Notes: generated by a model from the letters alone, not told the origin. Shown: positions 1 through 10,104, numbered from the stretch's first letter. The stretch is 59,685 nucleotides of DNA from Alphaproteobacteria bacterium UBA6149 (GCA_002423155.1 DIUV01000012.1:1-59685); one strand, 5' to 3'. Made by a program: numbers and translations.

Positions 1-494
1 GTTGCCGCCAAAGCGCCCATAGTCCGCCCATGAAAAGACCCCGTAAAGGTCAATATCTCTCTTTGTTCGGGCGCTCTGCCACTATCTGCGGCATATTTTC
101 TAATTAATTTTATTGCCGCTTCATTCGCTTCTGCTCCCGAATTAGCAAAATAAACGCCCCGCGCAAAAGGAGTGGCCTCCACCAGCGCACTTGCCAGATT
201 AATCGGCGCAGAAGTATAGAATATATTACTAGCATGCCAAATTTTATCCGCTGCTTCCAACAAGGCGGCTTTTAAATCCGCATCATTATAACCCAGACTA
301 TTAACCGCAATACCCGCACCTAAATCTATATATTCATTGCCATCCAAATCCCACACACGCGCACCAACTCCGCGCTCTAAAACCATTTCCCGCGGTTTAT
401 AATTTGCCAAAAACACCTGCTTCGCCTGCGCGATTAATTCTTTAGATTCTTCCGTTTTGGGAGTGGTGATTGGATAAGGGTAATTTTTGTACAT
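1..494 (-). CDS. argD: Acetylornithine/succinyldiaminopimelate aminotransferase (class III PLP), 5' part; runs off the window start
   Basis: Manual translation from ATG at 494: MYKNYPYP...ERGVGARVWDLDGNEYIDLGAGIAVNSLG...ANSGAEANEAAIKL...SFHGRTMGALAAT; typical class III aminotransferase motifs. Absent from the ORF track because it is truncated. Confidence 0.85.
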   Translation of the reverse strand, partial: MYKNYPYPITTPKTEESKELIAQAKQVFLANYKPREMVLERGVGARVWDLDGNEYIDLGAGIAVNSLGYNDADLKAALLEAADKIWHASNIFYTSAPINLASALVEATPFARGVYFANSGAEANEAAIKLIRKYAADSGRAPEQREILTFTGSFHGRTMGALAA

Positions 495-542
495 TTATCT
501 TCCTGTATTAATATATTAGGTTAGTTTTTTGTATCATATAAA

Positions 543-591
543 TTGCTAGAATATTTAGCAACTTGCAAGCCTTAACATATTTTGTTAGAAT
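543..591 (+). promoter_or_regulatory. Putative sigma70 promoter and operator palindromes of the parDE module
   Basis: TTGCAA(563-568)-N17-TAGAAT(586-591); inverted repeats TTGCTA-N7-TAGCAA (543-561) and TAACA-N5-TGTTA (573-587) flank or overlap it, as expected for RHH antitoxin autorepression. Confidence 0.5.
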
Positions 592-615
592 TAGGCTAGA
601 TGGGAGATTATAACA

Positions 616-861
616 ATGCAAATATCAATTACTCCTGAATTTGAGCCTTTCGTTAATGCTCAAATTCAAAATGGCTTATATAATTCTGCCAATGAATTGG
701 TAAACGATGCTCTACGACTGTTAGTAAGAAAAGACAAACTGCAAAAAGAAATACAAATTGGCCTGGATCAAATAGAAGCGGGAGAAATTACTTCTGCTGA
801 TAAACTTAAACAGCAAATGGCAGATTTCAAAAAACAATTTCTAAACAGCTCAAATGGCTGA
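616..861 (+). CDS. parD: ParD-family (ribbon-helix-helix) antitoxin
   Basis: MQISITPEFE...GLYNSANELVNDALRLL pattern of CC2985/ParD antitoxins; overlaps the downstream toxin start; GGGAG RBS. Confidence 0.8.
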   Translation: MQISITPEFEPFVNAQIQNGLYNSANELVNDALRLLVRKDKLQKEIQIGLDQIEAGEITSADKLKQQMADFKKQFLNSSNG

Positions 862-1147
862 ATCATATAGTTTATCCAATCAAGCTCTACATGATCTGCA
901 AGATATATGGCTATATATCGCAACAAACAATCCTACAGCGGCAGATAAAGTAGAAGCAGATTTATACAAAACATTTGATAAATTAACCCAACACCCAAAT
1001 ATCGGACATAAACGCAGCGATTTGACTGATAAGCCTGTGCTTTTTTGGAATATACACACTTATCAAGTCGTCTATACTTACACCGAAAAGTCATTATATA
1101 TTTTACGAATTCTCAGTGGGTATCGTGATATTACTCATATTCTTTGA
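854..1147 (+). CDS. parE: RelE/ParE-family toxin
   Basis: YSLSNQALHDLQDIWLYIA...HPNIGHKRSDL...YILRILSGYRDI, ParE-like; coupled to the antitoxin. Confidence 0.8.
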   Translation: MAESYSLSNQALHDLQDIWLYIATNNPTAADKVEADLYKTFDKLTQHPNIGHKRSDLTDKPVLFWNIHTYQVVYTYTEKSLYILRILSGYRDITHIL

Positions 1148-1238
1148 TGAATACCCTAATTCTTTTATTATGAAGGTTGCTGATTTCTATTCCAAGATGT
1201 AGTAAAGAGAATTAGCTTTCAAGAATTTTATACAAAAT

Positions 1239-2276
1239 ATGTACGACTTAGAACAAAAAAAATATAAAAAAGACGGAGTATATGCGGCCCTAGACCTCGG
1301 CACCAATAATTGTCGCCTGTTGGTTGCCCACCCTTATTTCCGTGAAACTCGCTATGGTTACTCCTTGCGCACTGCCGATAGCTTCTCACGCATTGTGCGT
1401 TTGGGCGAGGGTTTGAGCAATAGTGGTATTCTGTCCCAAGAGGCGATGGAACGCACGATTGAGGCATTATACGCCTGTCAGCGCAAGTTAGAGAATCATA
1501 ATATCGCCAATTTTCGCTATGTCGCCACCGAGGCTTGTCGGCGCGCTCGCAATGCGCCCGAATTTATGGAAAGAATTGTGCGCGAAACTGGTTTAAATGT
1601 CGAAGTTATCTCTAACGAGGAAGAGGCGCATCTAGCATTGTTAGGTTGTTGCTCATTATTAAAGCGCGATGCGGGCAAAGCATTGGCGTTTGATATTGGC
1701 GGCGGCAGCACCGAAGTGATGTGGGTAGAAGCAGAGCCATTACGCAATGATGGCAGCCCAGAATTTCCCTTTCGCCCCCGCATCAAAGACTGGATTTCCA
1801 CACCTTTTGGGGTAATGAACTTATCTGAAAATCTCAGCACCCCTAATTATGCGGATCTTTATTTTGAAGAGATTGTGCACAAAGTGGAACAAGTCCTCCG
1901 CCCCTTTGACGAAAAGCACGGCATAGCAGAATCCTTAAAACATGAACCAGCACAATTGCTTTCCACTTCGGGCACCGTCACTACCTTAGCGGCAATTTTT
2001 CTGGATTTAGCCCGCTATGATCGCAACCGTATTGATGGCATCACCCTGCCGGTTTCTTCGATTACCGACTCTATCAATCGTTTATTAAAAATGCGTCCCT
2101 TTGAGCGTTTCAACCATCCGTGTATTGGCGCGGATCGTAGTGATTATATTCTCGCAGGCTGTGCAATTTTTTCCGCCATTGCAAGAATCTGGCCGTTTTC
2201 GCATATTACTATCGCGGATCGCGGCGTGCGCGAGGGGATTATTCTCTCGCTGATTTTAGAAGGACAAGGCGCATGA
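1239..2276 (+). CDS. ppx: Ppx/GppA family exopolyphosphatase
   Basis: AALDLGTNNCRLL, SRIVRLGEG, ATEACR, DIGGGSTE, ADRGVREG motifs; conserved ppx-rlmE synteny in alphaproteobacteria. Confidence 0.9.
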   Translation: MYDLEQKKYKKDGVYAALDLGTNNCRLLVAHPYFRETRYGYSLRTADSFSRIVRLGEGLSNSGILSQEAMERTIEALYACQRKLENHNIANFRYVATEACRRARNAPEFMERIVRETGLNVEVISNEEEAHLALLGCCSLLKRDAGKALAFDIGGGSTEVMWVEAEPLRNDGSPEFPFRPRIKDWISTPFGVMNLSENLSTPNYADLYFEEIVHKVEQVLRPFDEKHGIAESLKHEPAQLLSTSGTVTTLAAIFLDLARYDRNRIDGITLPVSSITDSINRLLKMRPFERFNHPCIGADRSDYILAGCAIFSAIARIWPFSHITIADRGVREGIILSLILEGQGA

Positions 2277-3001
2277 GCAAAAATTCTGGCAATGGGGGCA
2301 GCGAAGGGCGCAGAGGGCTAACCGTGCGGGTAAAAACCGCCCGTCGGCGCACCACATCTTCCGCCCGTTGGCTACAACGCCAATTAAACGACCCCTATGT
2401 TGCGAAGGCAAAATTTGAGGGCTATCGCTCACGCGCCGCCTTTAAACTAATTGAATTAGACGATAAATTTCATTTTCTAAAACCGGGATTACGCGTTTTA
2501 GATCTCGGCGCCGCCCCCGGTGGGTGGACGCAGGTAGCCGCCAAACGCACGGGCGCAGAAAACGGCACCAGCCCCCCAGTTTTAGGGATTGATTTAAAAG
2601 AAATCTCCACACTACCCGGCGCCATTTTCATGGTAATGGATTTTATGGAAAATGATGCCCCCGATAAAATCCGCGCCGCTTTGGGTGGGGATGTAGATTT
2701 AGTAATTTCTGACATGGCGCCCAACTCTATGGGACACGCGGCAACCGACCACATGCGCATTATGGCAATGTGCGAAACCGCCTATTTATTCGCCACCGAA
2801 ATCTTAAATACTGGGGGCGTATTTCTTTGCAAAGTATTGCGCGGTGGCACCGAAAATAAATTACTCGCCCAGATAAAAAAAGATTTTACCTCAGTACACC
2901 ACGCCAAGCCCGATGCCAGCCGCAAAGATTCTTCGGAAGCCTATGTGGTGGCGCTTGGTTTTAAAGGCAGAAATAATTTATCAACTCAAGGGGACCTCTA
3001 A
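2273..3001 (+). CDS. rlmE: 23S rRNA Um2552 methyltransferase RlmE/FtsJ
   Basis: WLQRQLNDPYV, YRSRAAFKL, LDLGAAPGGW, SDMAPN, KPDASRKDSSE motifs. Confidence 0.95.
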   Translation: MSKNSGNGGSEGRRGLTVRVKTARRRTTSSARWLQRQLNDPYVAKAKFEGYRSRAAFKLIELDDKFHFLKPGLRVLDLGAAPGGWTQVAAKRTGAENGTSPPVLGIDLKEISTLPGAIFMVMDFMENDAPDKIRAALGGDVDLVISDMAPNSMGHAATDHMRIMAMCETAYLFATEILNTGGVFLCKVLRGGTENKLLAQIKKDFTSVHHAKPDASRKDSSEAYVVALGFKGRNNLSTQGDL

Positions 3002-3134
3002 AAATTCATTATGGCGAGCAAAATGCTTAGGCATGCAAGTGGCGCAACCGCAGCGTAGCGGCGCTACGTGAGGATGGAGGCGTTGCTTCATTGCAAGCAA
3101 GTTTGCTGACCAGTTTGGATTTTTAGAGGTCCCC
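2990..3134. repeat. 145-bp RPE-like palindromic element (family 1, copy A)
   Basis: Perfect 16-bp terminal inverted repeat GGGGACCTCTAAAAAT; core AACCGCAGCGTAGCGGCGCTACGTGAGG shared with the copy at 29.7 kb and, in variant form, with those at 26.4 and 34.6 kb; resembles Rickettsia palindromic elements. Confidence 0.75.
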
Positions 3135-3157
3135 GCAACTAGAAACGGAGATATAAA

Positions 3158-3733
3158 ATGAAGACCACCAGCAAATTAACCCTTCTAGCTCTAGCCATTT
3201 TTTCGCTAAGTGCTTGTGAGCGTAATCTTAAGTCCGACACCTACACCAGCTCTTCTTCAACTGGCTTGGTGCTTGAAGGCGTAATTGTTTCTTCACGTCC
3301 TGTAACCATCAAAGAATCAGACAAATTACAAGATAACGGCGCAGGGCTATTAGCGGGTGGAGTTGGTGGAGCCGCGGTGGGCAATACTATTGGTGGTGGA
3401 CGTGGGCGTACAGTTTCCACCGTAGGCGGAGCAATTGCAGGCGCGGTACTCGGAGCCGTAATTCAAGACCAATTAAGCACCAGCCAAGGGTTTGAATATA
3501 TTGTCCGCGTAAATGAAGAGAATGCCGCAGATGAGAAAAAGAACAGTGAGCTAACCAGCACCAGACTAAAAGACCCCAGCATTAACGAACGCATGAAAAA
3601 TTCTATTCACACTAAAATGAAAACCAAAATGATTTCGGTAGTGCAAGGGCAAGATGTTGTATTTGCCACAGGACAAAAAGTTTATGTAATTTATTCGGAT
3701 GATCGCCCAAGATTAGTCGCCGCAGAAAAATAA
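3158..3733 (+). CDS. Glycine-zipper outer membrane lipoprotein (SlyB/Pcp/17-kDa antigen-like)
   Basis: Lipobox LSAC after a signal peptide; GLLAGGVGGAAVGNTIGGGRG...GGAIAGAVLG glycine zipper; GFEYIVR and SVVQG motifs. Confidence 0.8.
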   Translation: MKTTSKLTLLALAIFSLSACERNLKSDTYTSSSSTGLVLEGVIVSSRPVTIKESDKLQDNGAGLLAGGVGGAAVGNTIGGGRGRTVSTVGGAIAGAVLGAVIQDQLSTSQGFEYIVRVNEENAADEKKNSELTSTRLKDPSINERMKNSIHTKMKTKMISVVQGQDVVFATGQKVYVIYSDDRPRLVAAEK

Positions 3734-3749
3734 TTACGAGCAAACAATT

Positions 3750-5333
3750 ATGTACTTGCTAAAAATTGACAATCTATCAATAAAATTTACGGGAGCAAAA
3801 TTGCCGACCGTAAAAAATCTTTCCTTATCAATTAAAGCAGGTGAAGTGTTAGCGTTGGTGGGCGAGTCTGGCTCGGGCAAATCGCTCACCGCGCAGGCAA
3901 TTATGCGGCTTTTACCAGAAGATTTGTTAAGTTATCCTACGGGTTCTATCAAATTAGAAGATACTGAAATATTAAAATTAAACGCTCGCCAATTACAAAA
4001 TATTCGTGGAAATCGGGTGGGCATGGTTTTTCAAGAACCAATGTCGGCGCTCAACCCTTTGCATAATATTGGGCGGCAAATTATGGAAGCCGTCCGCACC
4101 CATCAACCAGTCAGCAAATTTCAGGCGCAAGCACAAACCTTGCAATTATTAGATGATGTAGGTCTTAGCTATCTAAAACAACGACTTAATGCCTATCCAC
4201 ATCAATTATCTGGTGGAGAACGCCAACGCATTGTACTCGCCATCGCCATCGCCAATCGCCCCGCCTTATTAATTGCCGACGAACCGACCACCGCTTTAGA
4301 TGTATCTATTCAAGCGCAGATTCTTGCACTACTAGATGAATTACGGCAAAAATATAAATTATCTATGCTGCTGATTACTCATGATTTACATCTGGCAAAA
4401 AGAATAGCCGATAATATCGCTATTATGTATCAAGGTGAAATTGTAGAGCAACAGGCAACCGCGCAAATATTTGCGCATCCCCAACATGCTTACACGCAAA
4501 AATTACTGGCAGACGCGAAACCCCATCTATTAGCGCCTGCGCCCAATAATGCTTTGGAAATATTATCCTGCCAAAATTTACAGGTAAGCTATAAAATAGA
4601 AAATGGCTTTTGGGACTTCAAAAAAAACAGAAAATTGGTGCTGAACAACATCTCACTCAGCATAAAAAAAGGCGAAACCTTAGCAATAGTGGGAGAATCA
4701 GGCTCGGGCAAAACTACCCTTGGGCTAGCAATTTTGCGCCTAATAAAATCTGAAGGTAAGATTTCCCTCCATGGCAAAGATTTTCGCAAACTTAATTCGG
4801 AACAATTACGCCTAGCACGTGCCAAAATACAATTTGTATTCCAAGACCCCTTCTCTAGCCTCAATCCACGCATGAACATTGCCGAAATAATTGGCGAGGG
4901 ACTAAATATCCATCAACCATTATTAAGCACCGCACAAAAAGAAGAAAAAATAAAAACAATATTGGCAGAAGTCGGGCTAAACGGCGATATGTTAAACCGT
5001 TATCCGCATGAGTTCAGCGGCGGACAAAGACAGCGCATTGCCATTGCCCGCGCGATTATCTTAGAACCAGATTTAATCGTTATGGATGAGCCAACCTCCG
5101 CCCTTGATTTAAGCCTGCAAGCCCAAATCATCAAGATACTTAAAGATTTACAAATAAAATATGGCAGCTCATATATTTTTATCACCCATGATTTACGCGT
5201 GGTAAAATCGCTAGCCCATCGCGTAATCGTATTATGCGGCGGTAAAGAAGTAGAGCATGGCAACACCGAACAAGTCTTCACCCACCCTCAACATAAATAT
5301 ACCATCCAACTTATGCAAGCAGCGCAATTATAA
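3750..5333 (+). CDS. Duplicated-domain peptide/nickel ABC transporter ATP-binding protein (YejF-like)
   Basis: Two Walker A motifs GESGSGK; LSGGERQR and FSGGQRQR signatures; DEPT Walker B. Confidence 0.88.
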   Translation: MYLLKIDNLSIKFTGAKLPTVKNLSLSIKAGEVLALVGESGSGKSLTAQAIMRLLPEDLLSYPTGSIKLEDTEILKLNARQLQNIRGNRVGMVFQEPMSALNPLHNIGRQIMEAVRTHQPVSKFQAQAQTLQLLDDVGLSYLKQRLNAYPHQLSGGERQRIVLAIAIANRPALLIADEPTTALDVSIQAQILALLDELRQKYKLSMLLITHDLHLAKRIADNIAIMYQGEIVEQQATAQIFAHPQHAYTQKLLADAKPHLLAPAPNNALEILSCQNLQVSYKIENGFWDFKKNRKLVLNNISLSIKKGETLAIVGESGSGKTTLGLAILRLIKSEGKISLHGKDFRKLNSEQLRLARAKIQFVFQDPFSSLNPRMNIAEIIGEGLNIHQPLLSTAQKEEKIKTILAEVGLNGDMLNRYPHEFSGGQRQRIAIARAIILEPDLIVMDEPTSALDLSLQAQIIKILKDLQIKYGSSYIFITHDLRVVKSLAHRVIVLCGGKEVEHGNTEQVFTHPQHKYTIQLMQAAQL

Positions 5334-5351
5334 TAATAACTAATCTATAAA

Positions 5352-6890
5352 TTACAGCGGCAAATTATCATGCTTTTTCCACGGGGTTTCCACCTGTTTA
5401 GTGCGTAACACGCCCAGCGCACGGCATAAGCGCCAGCGAGTATTTTGCGGGCGGATTACGTCGTCCACATAGCCGCGCGAGGCGGCAACGAAGGGGCTAG
5501 CGAAAGCGTCGCGATATTCAGACACTTTGCGTTCGCGCTCGGCCGCATTGCCAATCGAGCCACGGAAGACGATTTCCACCGCACCTTCGGGACCCATCAC
5601 GGCAATTTCGGCACTCGGCCAAGCATAGTTTAAATCGCCACGTAAATGTTTAGAATTCATCACAATATACGCTCCGCCGTAAGCTTTGCGGATGATGACG
5701 CTGATTTTGGGCACCGTAGCTTCGGCATAGGCATGAATTAGTTTGGCGCCGTGTTTGATGATGCCGTTATGCTCTTGCGCCGTACCAGGAAGGAATCCCG
5801 GAACGTCCACGAAAGTGATGATGGGGATGTTAAAAGCATCGCAAAAACGGATAAATCTTGCGGCTTTGCGTGATGCGTCGATGTCTAGGCAACCTGCTAG
5901 TTCCATCGGTTGATTAGCGACGAAACCGACGGTGTAGCCTTCCATCCGCCCAAAGCCGACGATGATGTTTTTAGCATATTCAGGTTGAATCTCGAAGAAA
6001 TCGCCCTCATCAACGGTGCGGAATAATAATTCCTTCATGTCGTATGGTTTGTTGGTATTGTCGGGCACTAGCGTGTTTAGCGACATATCTAAACGATCCG
6101 CGGGGTCCGAAGTGGGGCGTGAGGGTACACCGGAGCGGTTAGATAGGGGTAAGAAGTTAAACAGGCGCCGCGTTTGTACCAAGGCTTCGATGTCGTTCTC
6201 AAATGCCAAATCAGCTACGCCCGTTACGCGCGTATGGGTATCTGCGCCGCCTAAATCTTCTTGGGTAACAATCTCGTGGGTTACGGTTTTTACTACATCT
6301 GGTCCAGTTACGAACATGTAAGATGAGCCTTCAACCATGAAGGTGAAATCGGTCAAAGCCGGAGAATAAACCGCACCACCAGCACACGGTCCCATAATCA
6401 GGGTGAGCTGGGGGATTACGCCTGATGCCATAACATTGCGCTGGAAAATTTCGCCGTAACCGCTGAGGGAATCAACCCCTTCTTGAATGCGCGCACCGCC
6501 TGAATCATTGATGCCAATTACAGGTGCACCTGCACGCATGGCCATATCCATGATTTTACAGATTTTTTTGGCGTTGCTCTCGCTAAGTGAGCCGCCATGC
6601 ACCGTGAAATCTTGCGAATAAACAAAAACTAAGCGGCCATTGATAGTGCCATGCCCAGTAACTACGCCGTCCCCGGGAATTTGCTTTTTTTCCATGCCAA
6701 AATGTTCGCAGCGATGCTCAACGAACATGTCCATCTCTTCAAAAGACTCGGGGTCTAACAGCACTTCCAGCCGTTCACGCGCAGTTAGTTTGCCGCCGCC
6801 ATGTTGGCGGTCAATCCTATCTTGTCCACCGCCGAGGCGAGCAAGATCGCGTTTTTTTTCTAATTCTCTAATGACATTATTCTGACGCAT
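5352..6890 (-). CDS. pccB: Propionyl-CoA carboxylase beta subunit (carboxyltransferase)
   Basis: [47 protein letters not shown]-terminal [10 protein letters not shown]. Confidence 0.93.
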   Translation of the reverse strand: MRQNNVIRELEKKRDLARLGGGQDRIDRQHGGGKLTARERLEVLLDPESFEEMDMFVEHRCEHFGMEKKQIPGDGVVTGHGTINGRLVFVYSQDFTVHGGSLSESNAKKICKIMDMAMRAGAPVIGINDSGGARIQEGVDSLSGYGEIFQRNVMASGVIPQLTLIMGPCAGGAVYSPALTDFTFMVEGSSYMFVTGPDVVKTVTHEIVTQEDLGGADTHTRVTGVADLAFENDIEALVQTRRLFNFLPLSNRSGVPSRPTSDPADRLDMSLNTLVPDNTNKPYDMKELLFRTVDEGDFFEIQPEYAKNIIVGFGRMEGYTVGFVANQPMELAGCLDIDASRKAARFIRFCDAFNIPIITFVDVPGFLPGTAQEHNGIIKHGAKLIHAYAEATVPKISVIIRKAYGGAYIVMNSKHLRGDLNYAWPSAEIAVMGPEGAVEIVFRGSIGNAAERERKVSEYRDAFASPFVAASRGYVDDVIRPQNTRWRLCRALGVLRTKQVETPWKKHDNLPL

Positions 6891-7100
6891 AGGTCGTTTT
6901 TCTCCAAGAGATTATAAGAGCATAGCCGTTCCTTTTAGCAATATTTTGCAAAAATCCAAAGCTTTTTTAAATTTTCTTGTGGGCAAATGTCACATATTGG
7001 CGGAAATGCTGGGATTTTCTGTTTTATTGCGGAAATATATTTACGTCCCTGCTTACATATATTAGGTTTGGTAGTCTTGAGATATATAATGGAGAGTTTC

Positions 7101-7397
7101 ATGCGCGTTGTCATACATAAAATCACTAAAAATGCTATGCAGTCTGGTCGTGGCAAAGTGGGCATGTGGAAAATGGATTTGGAAAATGCGGGTAAATTTA
7201 TTGATCCGCTCATGGGCTGGGTGGGACAGTCCGACACTACTGCGCAATTGAAATTAGTTTTTGAAACAGCAGAACAAGCAGTGGCTTACGCGCAAAAACG
7301 CGGATTTGAATATGTGGTGAAAGAAGATAAGCCACGCAAGATTATCGGCAAGAATTATGCAGACAACTTTAGCTTTACTCGCGTGGCGCGCTCTTAA
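7101..7397 (+). CDS. Complex I accessory subunit NDUFS4-like protein
   Basis: KNAMQSGRG...DPLMGW...L.F...EQAVAYAQKRG...YADNF; start moved to ATG 7101 (GGAGAG RBS) from the ORF-track 6987. Confidence 0.85.
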   Translation: MRVVIHKITKNAMQSGRGKVGMWKMDLENAGKFIDPLMGWVGQSDTTAQLKLVFETAEQAVAYAQKRGFEYVVKEDKPRKIIGKNYADNFSFTRVARS

Positions 7398-8735
7398 TTA
7401 TCCTTTGTAATTCAATCGCTCTAGCGCCTTGTCGCGCCCTAATAATTGGAAAACCTGTGCCAAGTCTGGTCCGTCATGTCGCGCGGTTAGGGCTAGACGT
7501 AGGGGCATGAATAAATCTTTTCCTTTGCGCCCTGTGGCGGTCTTTACCGCATCGGTAAATTGTTTCCAGCTATTATTATCCCACTCACCTTCGGGCAACA
7601 AATTAGCGGCTTGCTGGCAATAATCGGCATCCAATATTTCTGGCTTTATAGGAGAATGTACGAGCTCCCACCAGATTTTTACTTCATCTAAATTATGAAT
7701 ATTTGCTCGAACCACTTCCCAAAAAGCTTGGTCAATATTGGGAAGATTTCTTTCTGCCAAAAGCGGTTGCGCCTCAGCGAAGGGCATTTTATGCAGCAAT
7801 CTCTCATTTAAACGGAATAATTCTTCTTCGTCATATTGGGCGGCAGCACGTCCGAATTTGCTAAAATCAAAATCCTGCACCAGTGAGTCTAAACTATCCG
7901 CTAGATCCACCGAGTCGGAAGTTCCTAAACGAGCAAGCATGCTGGTGATTGCCAAAGGAAACACGCCCTGTTCGCGTAAAGAGCGTATATCACCCCCACC
8001 CACGCGCTTGGAAAGCTCACCATCTTTGGTGCGCAACAAGGCCAAATGCGCAAATTCTGGAGGATTCTTACAGCCCAAAGCTTCAAAAATCTGAATTTGT
8101 ACCGCGGAATTACTCACATGATCTTCGCCGCGGATGATATGAGTGATGTTCATATCAATATCATCTACCACCGAACAAAAAGTATAAAGCGGAATACCAT
8201 CTGCACGGATTAATACCGGGTCACTCGCATGAGCGCCGTGAAAAACCACTTCGCCGCGGACTAAATCTTTCCAGGTCACATCTTTTTCATCCAACAAAAA
8301 GCGATAATGCGGCTTTCTGCCCATCTGCTCATATTCTTGCCTTTGCTCCGCAGTTAATTTTAAAGCTGCACGGTCATAAATGGGAGGCTTGCCGCGAGAA
8401 ACTTGCATTTTACGGCGAATATCTAATTCTTCAGGAGTTTCATAACAAGGATAGAGTCGCCCTGCTTTTAATAATTGTTCTTTTGCCTGCGCGTAGCGCT
8501 CTAAACGATCAGTCTGGCGAACTTCAGTTTCCCAATTTAGCCCCAGCCAACTTAAATCTTCACGAATTGCCGCTTCAAATCTCTCCTCCGAGCGGTCTTG
8601 ATCAGTATCATCCATCCGCAACCAGAATTCCCCATCATTTCGACGGGCAAACAACCAATTAACCAAGGCAGTACGAACATTTCCTACATGTAAAAATCCT
8701 GTAGGTGATGGAGCAAAGCGAACAATTTTTTTCAT
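7398..8735 (-). CDS. gltX: Glutamate--tRNA ligase (alphaproteobacterial second copy type)
   Basis: VRFAPSPTGFLHVGN, RGEDHVSN, LSKR (KMSKS-like) motifs. Confidence 0.93.
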   Translation of the reverse strand: MKKIVRFAPSPTGFLHVGNVRTALVNWLFARRNDGEFWLRMDDTDQDRSEERFEAAIREDLSWLGLNWETEVRQTDRLERYAQAKEQLLKAGRLYPCYETPEELDIRRKMQVSRGKPPIYDRAALKLTAEQRQEYEQMGRKPHYRFLLDEKDVTWKDLVRGEVVFHGAHASDPVLIRADGIPLYTFCSVVDDIDMNITHIIRGEDHVSNSAVQIQIFEALGCKNPPEFAHLALLRTKDGELSKRVGGGDIRSLREQGVFPLAITSMLARLGTSDSVDLADSLDSLVQDFDFSKFGRAAAQYDEEELFRLNERLLHKMPFAEAQPLLAERNLPNIDQAFWEVVRANIHNLDEVKIWWELVHSPIKPEILDADYCQQAANLLPEGEWDNNSWKQFTDAVKTATGRKGKDLFMPLRLALTARHDGPDLAQVFQLLGRDKALERLNYKG

Positions 8736-8823
8736 TTTCTTTCAGTTCTGTAACTTAAATTATTTTAAAGAGGAGGCAATATAGCAAAAATAATAAAATA
8801 ATCAAATGCACAGAATAAAAACC

Positions 8824-9020
8824 CAGGGCGATTTCACCAATCGTTAATTTTGTCTTTTTGCAATAAAACTCTCCATTGTCATGCAGCACGGAGAGCGGCA
8901 TCCATGCCAAACCATTGGCTAAGATGCTAGTTGATAGGCATGGATACCGCTCGTCAGCGGCATGACAAGAGATATTTTAGTGAAAAAATGTCAAAATTAA
9001 CGATTGGTGAAATCGCCCTG
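8824..9020. repeat. ~197-bp nested palindromic element (family 2, copy 1)
   Basis: Perfect 29-bp TIR CAGGGCGATTTCACCAATCGTTAATTTTG; inner REP-like pair GTCATGC..GGCATCCA / TGGATACCGC..GCGGCATGAC; related copies at 50488 and 58814. Confidence 0.8.
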
Positions 9021-9117
9021 ATAAAAGACCCCATTCCCGAGCAAAATTTTTGCTAACAGAAATGGGGTTGATATTTGGGGGTTGATATTTGGAGTCTATA
9101 TTTAAAGCAACAAAAGA

Positions 9118-9909
9118 CTAAGCGCCAAATGCAGTTTTGAATTTTTTAGAAGCTTCACTAACACGCTGATTAATTGGCTCCGCCGCATCAGATGCATATT
9201 TGAACAACATATCAGAAATTTGTGCCGCTTCGTTAAAGAAACCATCAACATTATTGCGGAATATTTTGCTTTGTAATTCCATAGCGTCTTTAGGGTTACG
9301 GCAAGCCATCAATTCTTTTGAGCTGCTAACATTCTGCGCAATCGCATCGCTAAGATAGCTAGTAACCTGCTCACCAATAGTTTTGGAAACACTAGCCGCA
9401 CGATTTCCGCATTCTACACAAGCTTCAAAATTGCTTTTGCTGGCAGAAACCGCATCTCCAAAAGCACGCGAAGCAGTTGCAACACTATCTTCTGCTGATT
9501 TAAAAGCTTGCGATGATTTTTTCATTTCTTCACCCGACATAAATTTACGCATCATGTCAGTTCCCAACTTAACTACGTTTTCTCCATTGCTAGCAAAATT
9601 AGTAGGAGCGTAAGAAATTTTTGCTGCTGGCTTAGCACGAGAAGAAGTTGCGCTCACAATAGAAGGCTTTTTATCTGATTTACGGTTAGCCGGAGCTTTT
9701 GCGGAAATTTTGGACACGCTGCCAGAAGTCACCTTAACCGAAGCAGATTTCTTAGCCGCAGCAATCTGTGATTTGGTAATGATTTTTTTAGATGGAGCCG
9801 CTTTAGCCGCAGATCCAGCCTTTGCGGCTGAACTAATTTTTGATGCCGAGCTAAGCTTGCCATAGACTGGCGCGCGTTTCGACGATGTAGATTTTTTCAA
9901 CTGTGCCAT
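9118..9909 (-). CDS. Phasin-domain protein with N-terminal Lys/Ala/Ser-rich (histone H1-like) region
   Basis: C-terminal half has the phasin pattern (NFEACVE...KELMACRNPKDAMELQSK...AAEPINQRV); N-terminal ~110 aa is low complexity (SAAKAGSAAKAAPSKK); likely start ATG 9909. Confidence 0.72.
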   Translation of the reverse strand: MAQLKKSTSSKRAPVYGKLSSASKISSAAKAGSAAKAAPSKKIITKSQIAAAKKSASVKVTSGSVSKISAKAPANRKSDKKPSIVSATSSRAKPAAKISYAPTNFASNGENVVKLGTDMMRKFMSGEEMKKSSQAFKSAEDSVATASRAFGDAVSASKSNFEACVECGNRAASVSKTIGEQVTSYLSDAIAQNVSSSKELMACRNPKDAMELQSKIFRNNVDGFFNEAAQISDMLFKYASDAAEPINQRVSEASKKFKTAFGA

Positions 9910-10044
9910 AACCTTTATGTCTCCCACTACTGCTTCGCCCTCGGGCAAAATAAAATTTGTTTTTCCAAATTCACGTTGTTTATTTAATGTTAGCGCATAT
10001 TTACTTGGCATATTACTAACATCACATCGTAAAACTTGTGTGTA

Positions 10045-10104
10045 ATTCTAATACAACCACAAGTACAATGTCAAGTAGAGTTACAATTTTTATTGTGCAG
10101 CGCA
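10045..10104 (-). promoter_or_regulatory. Putative phasin promoter with upstream PhaR-type operator
   Basis: Minus strand TTGACA(10074-10069)-N18-TAGAAT(10050-10045); TGCGCTGCACAA at 10104-10093 fits the TGC-rich alphaproteobacterial PhaR box (TGCRNYGCASMA). Confidence 0.55.

Noticed and set aside
6987..7397. NDUFS4-like gene as a eukaryote-derived novelty, and its long N-terminal extension
   Set aside because: The family is normal in alphaproteobacteria; the extension is an artefact of start choice (RBS supports 7101).
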